Source of the DNA: Gracilinanus agilis
Lineage: Eukaryota
Assembly (NCBI RefSeq): GCF_016433145.1
Contig: NC_058133.1
Location: 53,372,120 to 53,436,119 of the forward strand
DNA length: 64,000 nucleotides
Direction of reading: 5' to 3'
The notes below the pieces were generated by a model. The model was not told where the DNA came from. It did not search any database and saw only the letters and a program-made list of their open reading frames with translations. The translations under genes were made by a program, and so were the position numbers. Positions 23,181-34,990 of this stretch are shown piece by piece. The stretch's first letter is position 1, and every line of letters starts with the position of its first letter.

Positions 23181-24831
23181 AAAGAACAAGTAGTATGTAT
23201 TTCTTAAATTTTATCTTATTCTCTGTGGTCAAAATCCTTCAAAGCAACCCACTCAGGAACAATGTAAACCAAGATGGAAATCTTCAATGCTATCAAACCA
23301 TTTCCAATGGTTAACAAAAGTGCTCCCCCAGTCATCCTCTCCCACATTCATCACTTTCAGTGAAATCTCATTAGTTAAGTCCAACAGCACTCCTGCTCCC
23401 TGGGGCTTGAAAAAATACTCTTACCTAAATCATGTTATGAAGTCTGACTGACAGGCCAATTTTCTAGAAGTTCAAGATTTCCTATTAAAGTTCGTATTCG
23501 TCTTTTCATACTAGATGAGGAAATGTGCCAGTCTAGCTTACAAATATTTGTTATGTGGACATTACGTCTTCTCTCTTTATGGCTTTTCAAATTATTGGGC
23601 CACACTCATGAACCATTTTGGTCACTTCTTGGAAGACCAAGTAGTCATTTTAACAGCTATAATGGACAGTAAAACCTAAGGTCTGTAAATTTCATTTTCT
23701 TCTCTACCTTCTCTTTACTCGGGGCATCTCCAGACATTTCTGTCCTCTTCAGATCAAATGCATCTGGGAATTTGCAGTTGTCATTATGATTGACAGTAGA
23801 AACTATAGTGGGTGCTAAACAGTCTGAATAAAGTAGGTCAGAAATTTGCAGAACTTAGTTGCCTCAGAACTCAAGGAAATTTACATAGTGCGTGTAGTCA
23901 TTTGCTTCAATACTTCCTCTGCCCATCATCAGCTTTAAAAATGAAAAGAAAAAGAGATAGAATGCTACTTCTCCTATACTATGCTAATAAATATGCTTCC
24001 CAGGCTCTGTTTAATCAGGGCATGGTGATCCTCGGTGAATCTCTTTGCTATCTGGATCTGAGTTTAAATGAGTTAGAGTGAATAATAATGGGAAAAGAAA
24101 ATTTGCTGAATGGAATGTTGGATCTGCTTTTAGTCATGGAGATAGAAATGCTTATTGGAGAAACATGAACTAAAAGCCATGGATTAGAGACCCAAATATT
24201 CAATGATTGTAGGTTGATAAATAAAGTTACTGTATTTGCCCTGAAATTTATTTTTTTTCAATGACCTCTAGAAGATCCTCCATGATCATTCTCTCTAATG
24301 GCTCATTGTGGCATAGAGATGATCTTGACCTCCTGAAAGTTATGCCATCTCAGGGCCAGCTGTCACAGGTCCTACAAAGCTAGAGGACTTCTGTTTTGAG
24401 CTTGGGAACAGACAAGTCCAAGGATCAGCCTATCAAATTCTGGAGAGACTCATCATTAGGTTCACTTTCATACAAAGACTTGATCATGATAGCAAAGTAT
24501 GAAATCAGGCTTGAGGGCATGGAAGGGAATGCCCCCATAGTTGAAATTCCACATCCTTGAAGTTTTGAAATTTAACACCTTACTCATTTTAAACCTTAGG
24601 AGAAACAGAATGGCCCCTAAGGTCCACTTGGTTCCCTTCTCTTTGACTTTAGGAAATTTATTTTAGATTAAAAGTTCTAAATTCATTCTTAACTGCTCTG
24701 AAGCCCCAGTTGGGAAAATTTCTAACTCTAAATGAAGACTGCGCTCTCTCTCTCTACCTTCCTGGGTTTTTTGTGATTTAAACTAGATACAGTTTACAGG
24801 AAACATTTGGGTAGAAAAACAACTAATTATA

Positions 24832-24907
24832 CAGGATACCCCAAAAGTGTTAGTACAGTTTTAAGCTATTAAAGTTCCAAATTGCCCTAAGACATTTGGA
24901 ATTCCTG
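24832..24907. mobile_element. 76-bp Tc1/mariner MITE
   Basis: TA at both ends; imperfect palindrome caggataccccaaaagtgttagtacagtttt...aattgccctaagacatttggaattcctg. Confidence 0.8.
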
Positions 24908-25204
24908 TATTATTGTGTGTGTGAATGGTTACATATTTCTGGAGGAAACTGGGGAAAGAACTGACCTTTTCTTGGGACTTTCTTGGTTTTCTTATTTCAA
25001 AATATCTGTGGAGCCAATAGCTCTCCTCCGTATCTCATTTCTCTGCTACAACTCAGTCCTCTCTTGATTTCTCAACTGTTTTCTGAAAATGCCATGCTTA
25101 CACTAGCCTTTGGAATCCAGACACTCAGAAACTCCTTTCCCACAATTCTAAGAGAGTTTCTGCCCTTTATGCAAATTGTTTATAAGGTGGCCTAGTCTTT
25201 CTCT

Positions 25205-25400
25205 ATTTTTTTAAACCTTTACCTTCTGTCTTAGAATAGATACTGAGTATTGGTTCCAAGGCATTGGAGTGGTCAGAGATATCCAGAAAGGATTGTGTCG
25301 CTTGCCCAGGATCACACAGCTAAGAAGTGTGTGAGGCCAAATTTGAGCCCAGGACTTCCAATCTCCAGCCCAGGAGCTCCATCCATTGAGTCATCTAGCT
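25205..25400 (-). mobile_element. SINE1-type element
   Basis: aaacctttaccttctgtcttagaat...tttgagcccaggac. Confidence 0.88.
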
Positions 25401-25452
25401 ATCCCTGGTGATCCAGTCTCTTGCAGAGAGACTTTTGAGTGAGGTGTACAGG

Positions 25453-25690
25453 CAGGGCTCTATTGGCAAATGTTTAACAGGGTCTAAAAAAAATAAAGAA
25501 TGCATCACACTTTTAAGTTTTAAGTTAATCTGCACTATTAACATTCTCTCAACCCTTTCTTAAGGCTAGACAATAAACAGAACAATAAATCAAGCTCTAA
25601 TTTCTAGCTTTTGCAGATTTCAGAGATGTAAATGCTCACACTGAAAATTTTTAAATTGTCTCAAATCTTTGCACTGACTCCAGCACATCC
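25453..25690. mobile_element. MER63-like hAT element, second copy
   Basis: Shares ttaatctgcactattaa, tagacaataaac, taaatgctcacact with 19947-20196. Confidence 0.7.
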
Positions 25691-26149
25691 TTAACAGACT
25701 TTGTTTATATTTAGTCTCTGATTGTTTGATTTGGTTAAAATTTGTTTTGACATAGTTGAGGCACAAGAGGCAAAAAGGGTTTACAACCCCAACTTTATAG
25801 AAATGTTCTTATTGGAAAAGGCAAGTTCTGGTTACAAATATCAAATTTTCTTCTTCAGTATTAAAATTAACTGCTGCTTTTTTAATGGCAAAATAAACAA
25901 TGACAGTTTCTCCTTCTCTTCTCTACCTTTCCTCCTCCATTCTTTCTTTTCTCTAGCCAAGAGTCATTCCCTGTATAAAACAGAAAGAATTGGCCCAAAT
26001 ATTCTAAAAGGTCCCTTCCTGCTACAAAACCCATGTACCAAATTAGCCTCCTCAGATTGGAAACATTGTGAACCTCTGAGTGAAACAACAGGCAAATCTG
26101 ATTCCAACACAGAAAATGGATCTGTCTCAGTACGGTATCCTTTTGTTTT

Positions 26150-26395
26150 TGTTTAGTTGGTTTTTAGTCATAACCCAAATTGGGGTTTTCTTGGCAAAGA
26201 CACTGGAGCAGTTTGCCATTTCCTTCTGCAACTTATTTTAGAGATGAGTAAACTGAGGCAAATAGGATTAAGTGACAAGGATCCCACAGCTAGTAAAGAT
26301 ATGAGGTCATATTTGGTATCCTCAGCAGAAATAAAGTATGATCTATGTATCTTAAAGTCAAAATACAATGCTAGACTCTTACCTCAAATACTTAA
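26150..26395 (-). mobile_element. MAR1-type SINE
   Basis: ggggttttcttggcaaagacactggagcagtttgccatttccttct. Confidence 0.85.
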
Positions 26396-26519
26396 AGTAT
26401 TTATATTATATTTATATTAAAATGTACTATATATAAAATATAATTTATACTATGATTATATTAAAATATACTTATATTTTATATTTATATTTATGTTAAA
26501 ATATTTTTAAAACTTACAT

Positions 26520-26680
26520 TAAAGATTCTGAGCAAGTCATAGTTTCTCTGGGCCTTAGCTTATTCATCTATAAAATGAAGGGACTGCTGCTTACTATACA
26601 GGGTCATGAGGATTAAATGGGGGAATGTAGGTAAACTTGAAACACTATATAAGTATGAGCTACTATTAATTACAATTTTA
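26520..26680 (+). mobile_element. MIR
   Basis: gcaagtcatagtttctctgggccttagcttattcatctataaaatg. Confidence 0.7.
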
Positions 26681-26697
26681 CTTAAGAATTAAAGCCT

Positions 26698-26875
26698 TGG
26701 GGCAGCTTGGTGACTGAGTGGATAGAGAGACAGGCTTAGAGACAAATCTGGTTTCAGACACTTCCTGAGTCACCTTGGACAACTTCTCCCCCATTGCCTA
26801 GCCCTGACCGATCGTTTGCCTTGGAACCAGTACTTAGTACCAATTCTAAGTCAGAAGAGATGGTTATAAAAAAAA
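26698..26875 (+). mobile_element. SINE1-type element
   Basis: gggcagcttggtgactgagtggatagag...ttgccttggaaccagtac. Confidence 0.85.
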
Positions 26876-26959
26876 ATCAAACTCTAAAATTAGATTATTT
26901 GCATCAGTAACAGTAACGTAACAACAAAGAAACAAATAAATATATTTTTAAAATAACTA

Positions 26960-27240
26960 GTCATTTAAGGTTTAAAAAATATTTTATGAACATTAACTCA
27001 TTTGACTGACACAATATCCCTAGAAAGCAAGTGCTACAACTATTCAGTTTCATTTTACAGATGAATAAGTGAGAATCAGATAGGCTTTTATTTTCTGAAG
27101 CTTTTCACTATCATAGGGCAAGCTATCTATAATGTGTGCAGAGAGGAAATGAGAGGATGAGGGCAATGATTTGCTCAAGATCCTACAATATAAGATGGGA
27201 TTTGAACTCAGGCCTTTCTGACTCCAAGTATATTGTTCTA
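26960..27240 (-). mobile_element. MIR
   Basis: cattttacagatgaataag...gggatttgaactcaggcctttctgactccaag. Confidence 0.75.
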
Positions 27241-27319
27241 TGATTTCCTTTCCATCTTTAATTTGGTTTTTTTAGATCTTAGATTTTCAGTAAAGGCAGA
27301 TATTCTAGATCATCTAATC

Positions 27320-27512
27320 CAGTGGTTCCCAAACTTTTTTGGCCTACCACCCCCTTTCCAGAAAAAAAATATTACTTAGCGCCCCTGTCACATACTATCA
27401 CCTCCCCCTTATAGTTATTCACCGCCCCCAAATGCACCTGTGGCCATCACTGCCCTCCTGGATTGCTGCAACACCCACCAGGGGGCGGTGGTGCCCACTT
27501 TGGGAATTACTG
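27320..27512. mobile_element. 193-bp non-autonomous hAT (Charlie-group) element in a MIR3-like SINE
   Basis: TIRs cagtggttcccaaa / tttgggaattactg; perfect 8-bp TSD atctaatc at 27312-27319 and 27513-27520. Confidence 0.95.
27475..27488 (+). promoter_or_regulatory. CTCF core motif
   Basis: CCACCAGGGGGCG equals the vertebrate CTCF consensus core; binding not shown. Confidence 0.6.
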
Positions 27513-28779
27513 ATCTAATCTAACCTCTCCTCCCCGACTTTTATTTAACAGATAAGATAACTGAGCCCCTTGCCAAAGACCACTCAGTGAATTGAAAAAG
27601 ATCTGGGTTAGAAAGCCAATGCCCAAATTCCAAATTCAGAACCCCTTTCCCTATAGCACATTTGCACCTTATAATTCTTTATTTAAAAAAAAAATAAGCT
27701 CTTGGAAATATTTCAACTTTCCACATAACTATTAGGTATCCACTCTTTTCTAGTAATCAAAGCTCTGTTTAGGAAAGTGGGTGATTCTTTTTTTTTTTTT
27801 TAGTAAAAAATCAAAACAGATTTGACATATAGCTTCACGATCAATGACCTCACAAGGAGTTTTTAAAAAAGAAAAGCCTATTTACAATGGGATCAGAATT
27901 GGATACAAAAGAAATGTAATTTCCTTGATCAGGAACTAGATCTTCAGATGCAGTGATATTCAGTATACCTGCCACAGGGTATATATATAAAATATCAAAT
28001 ATATATCATATGATATGATATAAATGTATATAATCATGCTAATTGACTTTTGGAATGACCTTGCCTTATTGTGCTATTCCTGTAGTTTAGTGACTGTGCA
28101 GGGATATCCATAAAATGACCAATAACTTGGGGCTTAGCAGCCAAAGTTGGTTGTCCACGTGCTTAGCTACAGGATTCAGATTGCTATAAGTTGGTCCCTC
28201 ACTTAAGTGCTTTAGGAAAGCTAGTGCTAATGAATTTTATTACCATCAATTAATATTGTATCATGCAATGAGACAGATACTGCCTGGGATAAATTTCTCT
28301 TAGATTCAAAATTTTCAAAAATCTAGCAATAATCCTGGCAAATGTAATGTTTGATTCACTTGTTATCCAATTCTATACTTTTCATGGAGCTGATATCAAC
28401 ATGGAGAGTCATCTTCAAAATGCAAATGCAGGTCATTCATTCCTTTCTACCCAATATTATCTTTTGCATGTCCTAACATAAATCTGGGGGTTAATAAATA
28501 GGGGATCCACCCAGTGATCTGGAAGTCTTCCTTCATCTCTCTTGACTTTGCTCAGATGCCATTGAAGCATGTCCATTGTCTATACAACTCACTCACTATG
28601 TTCCTGGCTCACCTTTTCCATTCATTTATTTCTCTGACAATATATGTTCAATGTGTTCAAACCAGACTATCCTATTGAAAAAGAGTAGACTTCTATGTGG
28701 TCCTTAAAGGTAGAGCCTACGTCAATAAGGGAAAGTTGCAACGAGGTCAACTGTACCCAGCATTTCAGACTTGTAGCTA

Positions 28780-29000
28780 ACAATATCATACTTTAAGATT
28801 TGCAAAGTGTTTAACATATTATCTCAATTTAGTTTCATAGCAGCCTGGTAATATAGGAATTAATATGATCCTCATTTTAGAAAAAAGGAAACCAAGGCCA
28901 AAGGAGGTTAAGTGACTTACAAAGTTGAACATATTAATGAGGCAAAGTTTGAAACCAGGTTTTCCTGAGTTCAAGAACCACTCTATCCACTGAATCACCC
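28780..29000 (-). mobile_element. MIR
   Basis: attatctcaatttagtttcatagcagcc...gaggttaagtgactta. Confidence 0.8.
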
Positions 29001-29108
29001 AGTTGACAAACAAGGAACCAATCATTATTGCTGCCAGGAAAAGACACAAGGAACCCTCTGATGTAATTCACATCAGTTAAAATGTATTAACATCTGCAAT
29101 AAGTCTTT

Positions 29109-29313
29109 TTTTTTAAACTAAAACCCTTACCTTCTGTCTTGGAATCAATACTCTGTATTGGCTCCAAGGCAGAAGAGTGGTAAGGGTAGGCAATGGGGGT
29201 TAAGTGACTTGCCCAGGGTCACACAGCTGGGAAGTGTCTGAGGCCAGATTTGAACCTAGGACCTCCTGTCTCTAGGCCTGGCTCTCAATCCACTGAGCTA
29301 CCCAGATGCCCCC
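29109..29313 (-). mobile_element. Young SINE1_Mdo-type element
   Basis: Near-consensus; TSD caataagtcttt at 29097-29108 and 29316-29327. Confidence 0.93.
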
Positions 29314-29319
29314 TACAAT

Positions 29320-29700
29320 AAGTCTTTCAGTGTGATGGACACTGGGGATACCAATATGAAAAAAGCAAAGACTTGCCTACAAAGAGCTTCTGAAGACAAC
29401 ATGGATATGGACAAATAAGTACAAAATATAAACAAGGTAAAAAACAAATAAATAATTCAGAGATAGGGAAGTAACAAGAATGGAAAGAAGAAAAGCCTTG
29501 AGTAGGAAATAGCCCTTAAACTGAGCCTTTGCTGGAGAATGAATGGAGGTGAGGAGGGGCAACAGTTCTAGAGAAAAAGGAAAGCCCTTGCAAAGGTGAG
29601 ATGGGCAATTCAATGTGGCATAGAGGAGACAGTTGTCAAGTCAGTGTGACTGAAACATGTAGTCCATACTGAGAGTAAAGGAAAATAAGTTGAGAATAGT
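29320..29700 (-). mobile_element. L2 3' fragment (terminus left of the SINE)
   Basis: gcactggggatacc...gcctacaaagagctt. Confidence 0.6.
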
Positions 29701-30609
29701 ATTCATAAAAGCAGAGCATTCCCATAATTGCTGGTACTCAAGTATTCAACTGGCTATTTCCTGATGGAGGAGTTAAAGGACACTTTGTAAGGTTCCTTCA
29801 ATTCAAAAATGATATTAAGAGATATGTATCTCTTTTAAGTCAGCTGTCTTAGAATCACACTTTCCTCTCTACTGCCTGACTTTTAGAAGTCATTTCAGTC
29901 AAATTCCACCTTCTTAGGATCCATGTGGAGGAAGAATCTCCTTCCAACCAAAAGGACTTCTGTTTGGCTTCATGCAAATCACCATTCACGCCTCAGTTTT
30001 CTCTTCTGTAAAGTGAAGTTGGACGGGATAGCCAAAGAGGTACCTTCCACAACTAAGTCTCTGATCCTTCTTTTGATCCATTCCACCAACAGATGAATCC
30101 CTAAACTTCTCACTTTTTTATTGATGTCCAGCTCCATTCAGGACTCCCTCCTCCAGAATCTGGTGAACATAATTAAGTCATCTGTTTTGGGATGCAGCAA
30201 TAGGGGAGCCCTTATGGGCTCTACATTCTATTCTCCTCTAGGAGATCATTAGGACAGCAAACCAAAGGGGCAAGTGAACTTCTTTTGATAAACAACAAGG
30301 TATGAGATCTGACATGAGAGAAGGCAATCTGGAATTCTACTCTGTCAATTAACTCTCCCTCAAAGGAACAGGTGATTCTCCAGAGAGGCCAGGTGGTACA
30401 GTTCAAAAAGGATTGAATGACTTCTCAGGAGATCTGGGTCCTAACCTTGCTCTAGCAAGGTAATTAACCATGGAACATCTGCTGTAGTCTGCCACCAAAA
30501 GTTCCTTGGCTTCATTGTCAAATAATAAAAATTGAACTGAATAAAGGTGGACTTTCTCAGGATAAACAAACTTGAGAGATAAATGAAGTAGAAAAAGCAT
30601 TACAATTAT

Positions 30610-31110
30610 TTTTAGGATGCACACATGTAGTTCTTTAAGGTTTTCAAAGCACATTTCAAATACAATCTTATTTAATCCTGACAACAACTCTGGGAGGCAG
30701 GTATCATTATTATATCTATTTAATAGATGAGGAAACTGAGGCAGATAGAGGTTAAGTAAATGTCTCTGAGAATGGACATGAACTATAATCTTCCTAACTC
30801 TAGACCCAATGTTCTATCCACTGAGCTACCTACCTACACTTGCTCCACATAACTACTCTTTGACTTTGTCAAAATTGTACATGGTAGTTGAAATAGCATG
30901 ACAACATGGTATAGAATGCCAATAAATGGAATCAAGCATGACCTGGTTTTGAGTTCTATTTCTGACACAGGCAAATCCCTTCACCTTATAGATTTTCACT
31001 ATCCTCATCCATAAAAGGAGGGAAATAATGGCTATATTACTCACCTCAAAGAATTTTATGAGTCAAATAAATCTAATTGATTAAATAAAACACTCTATAA
31101 ATATCAGTGA
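30610..31110. mobile_element. Two MIRs: minus 30610-30840, plus 30880-31110
   Basis: tagatgaggaaactgaggcagatagaggttaag; ctcatccataaaagg. Confidence 0.75.
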
Positions 31111-31204
31111 CTATTAATATTTAGAACTCTACTAAATGACATCAGGATATCATTAAGTATAGCTTATGAGTCAGGCTACCATCTTGAAACAAAACAGTGG
31201 CCAA

Positions 31205-31411
31205 GGGGGCAGCTAGATGGCTCAGTGGATTGAGAGCCAGACCTAGAGACGGGATGTCCTAGGTTCAAATCTGGCCTCAGACACTTCCTAGATGTGTGAC
31301 CCTGGACAAGTCACTTAACCCCCATTGCCTAACCCTTACCCTCTTCTGCCTTGGAGCCAATACACAATATTGACTCCAAGACAGAAGGTAAGGGTTATAA
31401 AACAAACAAAC
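31205..31411 (+). mobile_element. Young SINE1_Mdo-type element with (AAAC)n tail
   Basis: 18-bp TSD aaacaaaacagtggccaa at 31187-31204 and 31412-31429. Confidence 0.93.
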
Positions 31412-31579
31412 AAACAAAACAGTGGCCAAAAGAGTTTTGAGCTCTACAAAGCAGAGAATCTGTAGGTAATGTAACAAATGACACATTATACTCAAATACA
31501 TATATCTGAAGAAAACAATAACCTTCCTGTAAAGTTTACCCAGTATTTTTGTGGCAGTACTATTGGCTTTAGGTAATTA

Positions 31580-31880
31580 AAGGCAGCCAGAATCAGTGTG
31601 GTACAGTGGACAGAGTATGGACTTGGTCTAGAACTAAGTCCCACCATTGACATTTCCCAGCTATATGGCTACAGGTATTATTTAAACTCTCTAAGCCTTG
31701 GCTTCCTCATCATCAAAATGGGGATAAAAATCTAGAGAATAAGAATCTAGAATACTTACCTCCCCAGGCCCTGTTCAAATGAAATGGTGTATGTGCACGT
31801 GCATGCATGTGTGTGTGTGAAATGTAAAAATATAGATATCAATATACAACTCTTTAAGCATCATATAAATTCCATAAAAT
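31580..31880 (+). mobile_element. MIR
   Basis: gtgtggtacagtggacagag head; ttcctcatcatcaaaatggggataa core. Confidence 0.75.
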
Positions 31881-32441
31881 AAAAGATCATTTTAATGCTT
31901 CTTTCACATTAAGAAACTACAGCATGATAATAATTGCCAGGAAAAGAGAACCTTTTTAATGTACTGTTCTCAGATGCAAAATATTAAATATGTGGAATTA
32001 TGCTTGATCTTATTGAATTACATAGTACTGGACTCACTTTTACCTAAAGTGTCTCTAAGTTTTAGGTTACCATGATGGATCCTTTCACTGTTGTATTTAT
32101 ATATTTTTAAGGGGCTTTAGCTACTCATCAAGGGAAAGCATGAGTGCTGAACTTGGAGTCAAGGAGACCTGGGTTCAAATCTCCTCTTGGGAATTTAGCC
32201 CTCATGGGCAAATCAACTTGAGCCCCTCTAAGCCTCTTGAAAATTGTCTACTGAATTATGGACTTGTGTTGGGACCCTGTGGAAGAAGTTCCTACAGTGA
32301 ATAAATTAAAAGTTTCTTAAGTATTAACCTATGATTTGGTCTTTCACCAATAGTGATGCAGGTACTTACTAGCTGGGTGTCCCTGGGAAAGAAGCCACCC
32401 TCTCCAGTTAGCATTCAGCAACCTGATCACACTGTTTAGGT

Positions 32442-32444
<3 letters not shown>

Positions 32445-32488
<44 letters not shown>

Positions 32489-32514
32489 ACACACACACAC
32501 ACATACACACACAC
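32445..32514. repeat. (CA)n microsatellite with two TA interruptions
   Basis: Read directly. Confidence 0.97.
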
Positions 32515-34429
32515 CTACAGTTAGTATGTAGGAGTCTGTTATTCTAACTACAAATTCATAGATATGGAAAAAAGGCACAGATCCGGTGCTAATTGCCCAA
32601 TTGCTCAATTACAATAACAATGATCTGAAAGAATAAGGCTAAGTTTGATTCAAAAAATATGAATGGATCAAAAGCTTTCAGGAATCCATTTGGGCTGGAA
32701 CCTAGTTACTGTAAGGAATTCATATACTACATGGCTATTTCTTTCGATAACCACAAAATGAATAAATGTGCTTGCTCAAAGAACAAGTAGTTCGTTAGCA
32801 ATAAATTTAGGAGGTAGATTTGTGAGGTAGAGATACCTCATGGAAGTTTAACACTAAAGCATTACTATGTTCAAGGATGATATGATCCACAGTGACAGAG
32901 CTGGGCTCAGAGTTGGTGTCCCTAGAAAAGTTATCACATGTTTCTCAGTCTCAATTTCTTTCTCATTGCCAAGTGCTTTATATAAAATGGAAATAATGTT
33001 GAACTGGTTTCTTCACTGGGTTCTTGAGGATTAAATGATATATTCTTTGAAAACCTTAAAATACTATTCCTATTCATCATAAAAATAACTTGTATTACTG
33101 TGATATCTTCTTATTATTTTTATCATTGTTATCTCATCCATCACTTGTGTTTTTGATAGAATTCAGATAAAAATAGTCTGAGGACAAGCCACTGGGCTTC
33201 TTTTGTATGTAATGTTCTAAGGATTACTGTTCAAGTAACCAAGTAGATTTCATTTTTTATGATTTTATTTTATTATCTACTTTTATCTAGTAGATGAAAT
33301 GATGATGGTAATGATGATAATATACATTAATTACTATGGTTACTGGATGACTTGTGGGGCTTACAGGGCAGGCCTATCTTCTTGTCTTTTTGTTTCTCAA
33401 GCCTTTTATGATTTTTTTATGATTTATGATTTTTGATTCTCAAAAATCAGCACACTCCTTGTTTTTTATTTATATGAAGTCTTTTTCACTTGACATCAAA
33501 ATGTTATCTAAGTATCAGTGAGTATAAAACTGTAATGTCCATTAGACTTTGAGCTCTTTGAGAGCAGGAAGTATTTTGACCTTTCTTTGTACTCCCTGTA
33601 TTTAGCACAGTGCTTAGAACATAAAAGGTATTTAATAAATGCTAGTTGTCTGAAGAGCAACCTATATCTCATTTTTGCTCATTTCCCAATACTATAAAAT
33701 GAGTAATTAGATATGTTAGCCTGCTTCCATTGCAAACTCTACTTTTCCAGACAGAAAGAATGTTCCAATCCTCCAATCTTGAGTTTTTTGGGCTTCTCTG
33801 AACATGATGGTATCACTCTTTGGTGGAAAGACCATCAGGAAGATGCTGAAGGATGGTAAATCCAAAGCTATCTGGTGAAATAATAAATCAGCAGTAGCTT
33901 TGTACATGAAACTTGAACTTATCTTGACATCACTGAGCCTGTCAAAATTACCTCTCTTTTCTATCCATTCTTACATAGAACAATCAGAACAATGAAACCT
34001 GGTAATGTGTCATAACCCATTATACTTGCCAGATCTAGTTTTTCAAATCAACCATTATGTGCTCACCTCCAGAAGAGTTCTGGGAAATCGTTCCTATAAG
34101 GAGTTGACTGATAAATTTGAACATTGACATTGAAATTTATTAAGACTTTTGTCATTCTTCTAGTACATATCTTGTGCTTTCTTCTTATAAAAAGATGGTT
34201 TGGAAACTTGGTAACAGCAAGAATAAAATTTAGCCAAGAGGAATTATCTAAAAAACGAGATATCATTCATTGCAACATTATTTCAACAGATTTATTCTCA
34301 ATCTATCAACAATTTTCTGCATGTGGAATAAAATTCATTCAAGTTAATTTTTTAAACCAAATCTTTTGACAAAAAAAATCCCAAAATTCATAGGCTGCTG
34401 CAGAATGGGGGGGGAACACAAAGGAAAAA

Positions 34430-34990
34430 ATTTAGGGGCAACATGATACATAATAGTCATCTTTGAGTGTTCAAAGGACAGTCATGAAGGAGAGGGACTC
34501 GATTCATTCTTCTTAGCCCCAGAGACCAAAACTAGGAATAATGAATGGAAGATACAGATAGGCATATTTCAGTTCCATGTAAGTAAAAACTTATACCCAG
34601 AATTATAGTCACGCATAGAGCATATGCAAGTGTAATCTAATAGTGTAGTATAATTGATCCTTAAGAGAAGGAAAAGGATAATAATAAGGTTCCCCTGGAG
34701 GTTCCCTGGAAATACTGTAAACACGTTTCTGGATAGAATCATAAAAGTCTGAATTTTACTTAGCTGAGTCCAAATGCCCTCTACAGAATAACTAGAGTGT
34801 CTAGTCCAAAGTCTGCTTCAATACCCTAGGTGACAGGAAACTCACTACTGCTAAGAACAACCCATTCCACTTTGGGACAAATCTAAGTGTTCAGAATTTT
34901 TCCTTTACCTGGAACCAAAAACAGCCTCTTGGAAACTTCCATTCATTGCTCCTAGCTCTGCCTTCTTTTTCGTGACAGCTCTTAGTTTAG
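34430..34990. mobile_element. L3/CR1 fragments: plus 34430-34600, minus 34730-34990
   Basis: cttagccccagagaccaaaactaggaataatgaatggaag; gacaggaaactcactac...cccattccactttggga. Confidence 0.6.

Noticed and set aside
25722-26156. 144-aa ORF
   Set aside because: Begins at TTG, low-complexity F/S stretches, no homology recognised.
30242-33856. Other plus-strand exon-like segments (about 30242-30299, 33750-33856; also 21526-21589)
   Set aside because: Good splice signals and one open frame each, but phases do not chain with neighbours and no homology; within chance expectation.
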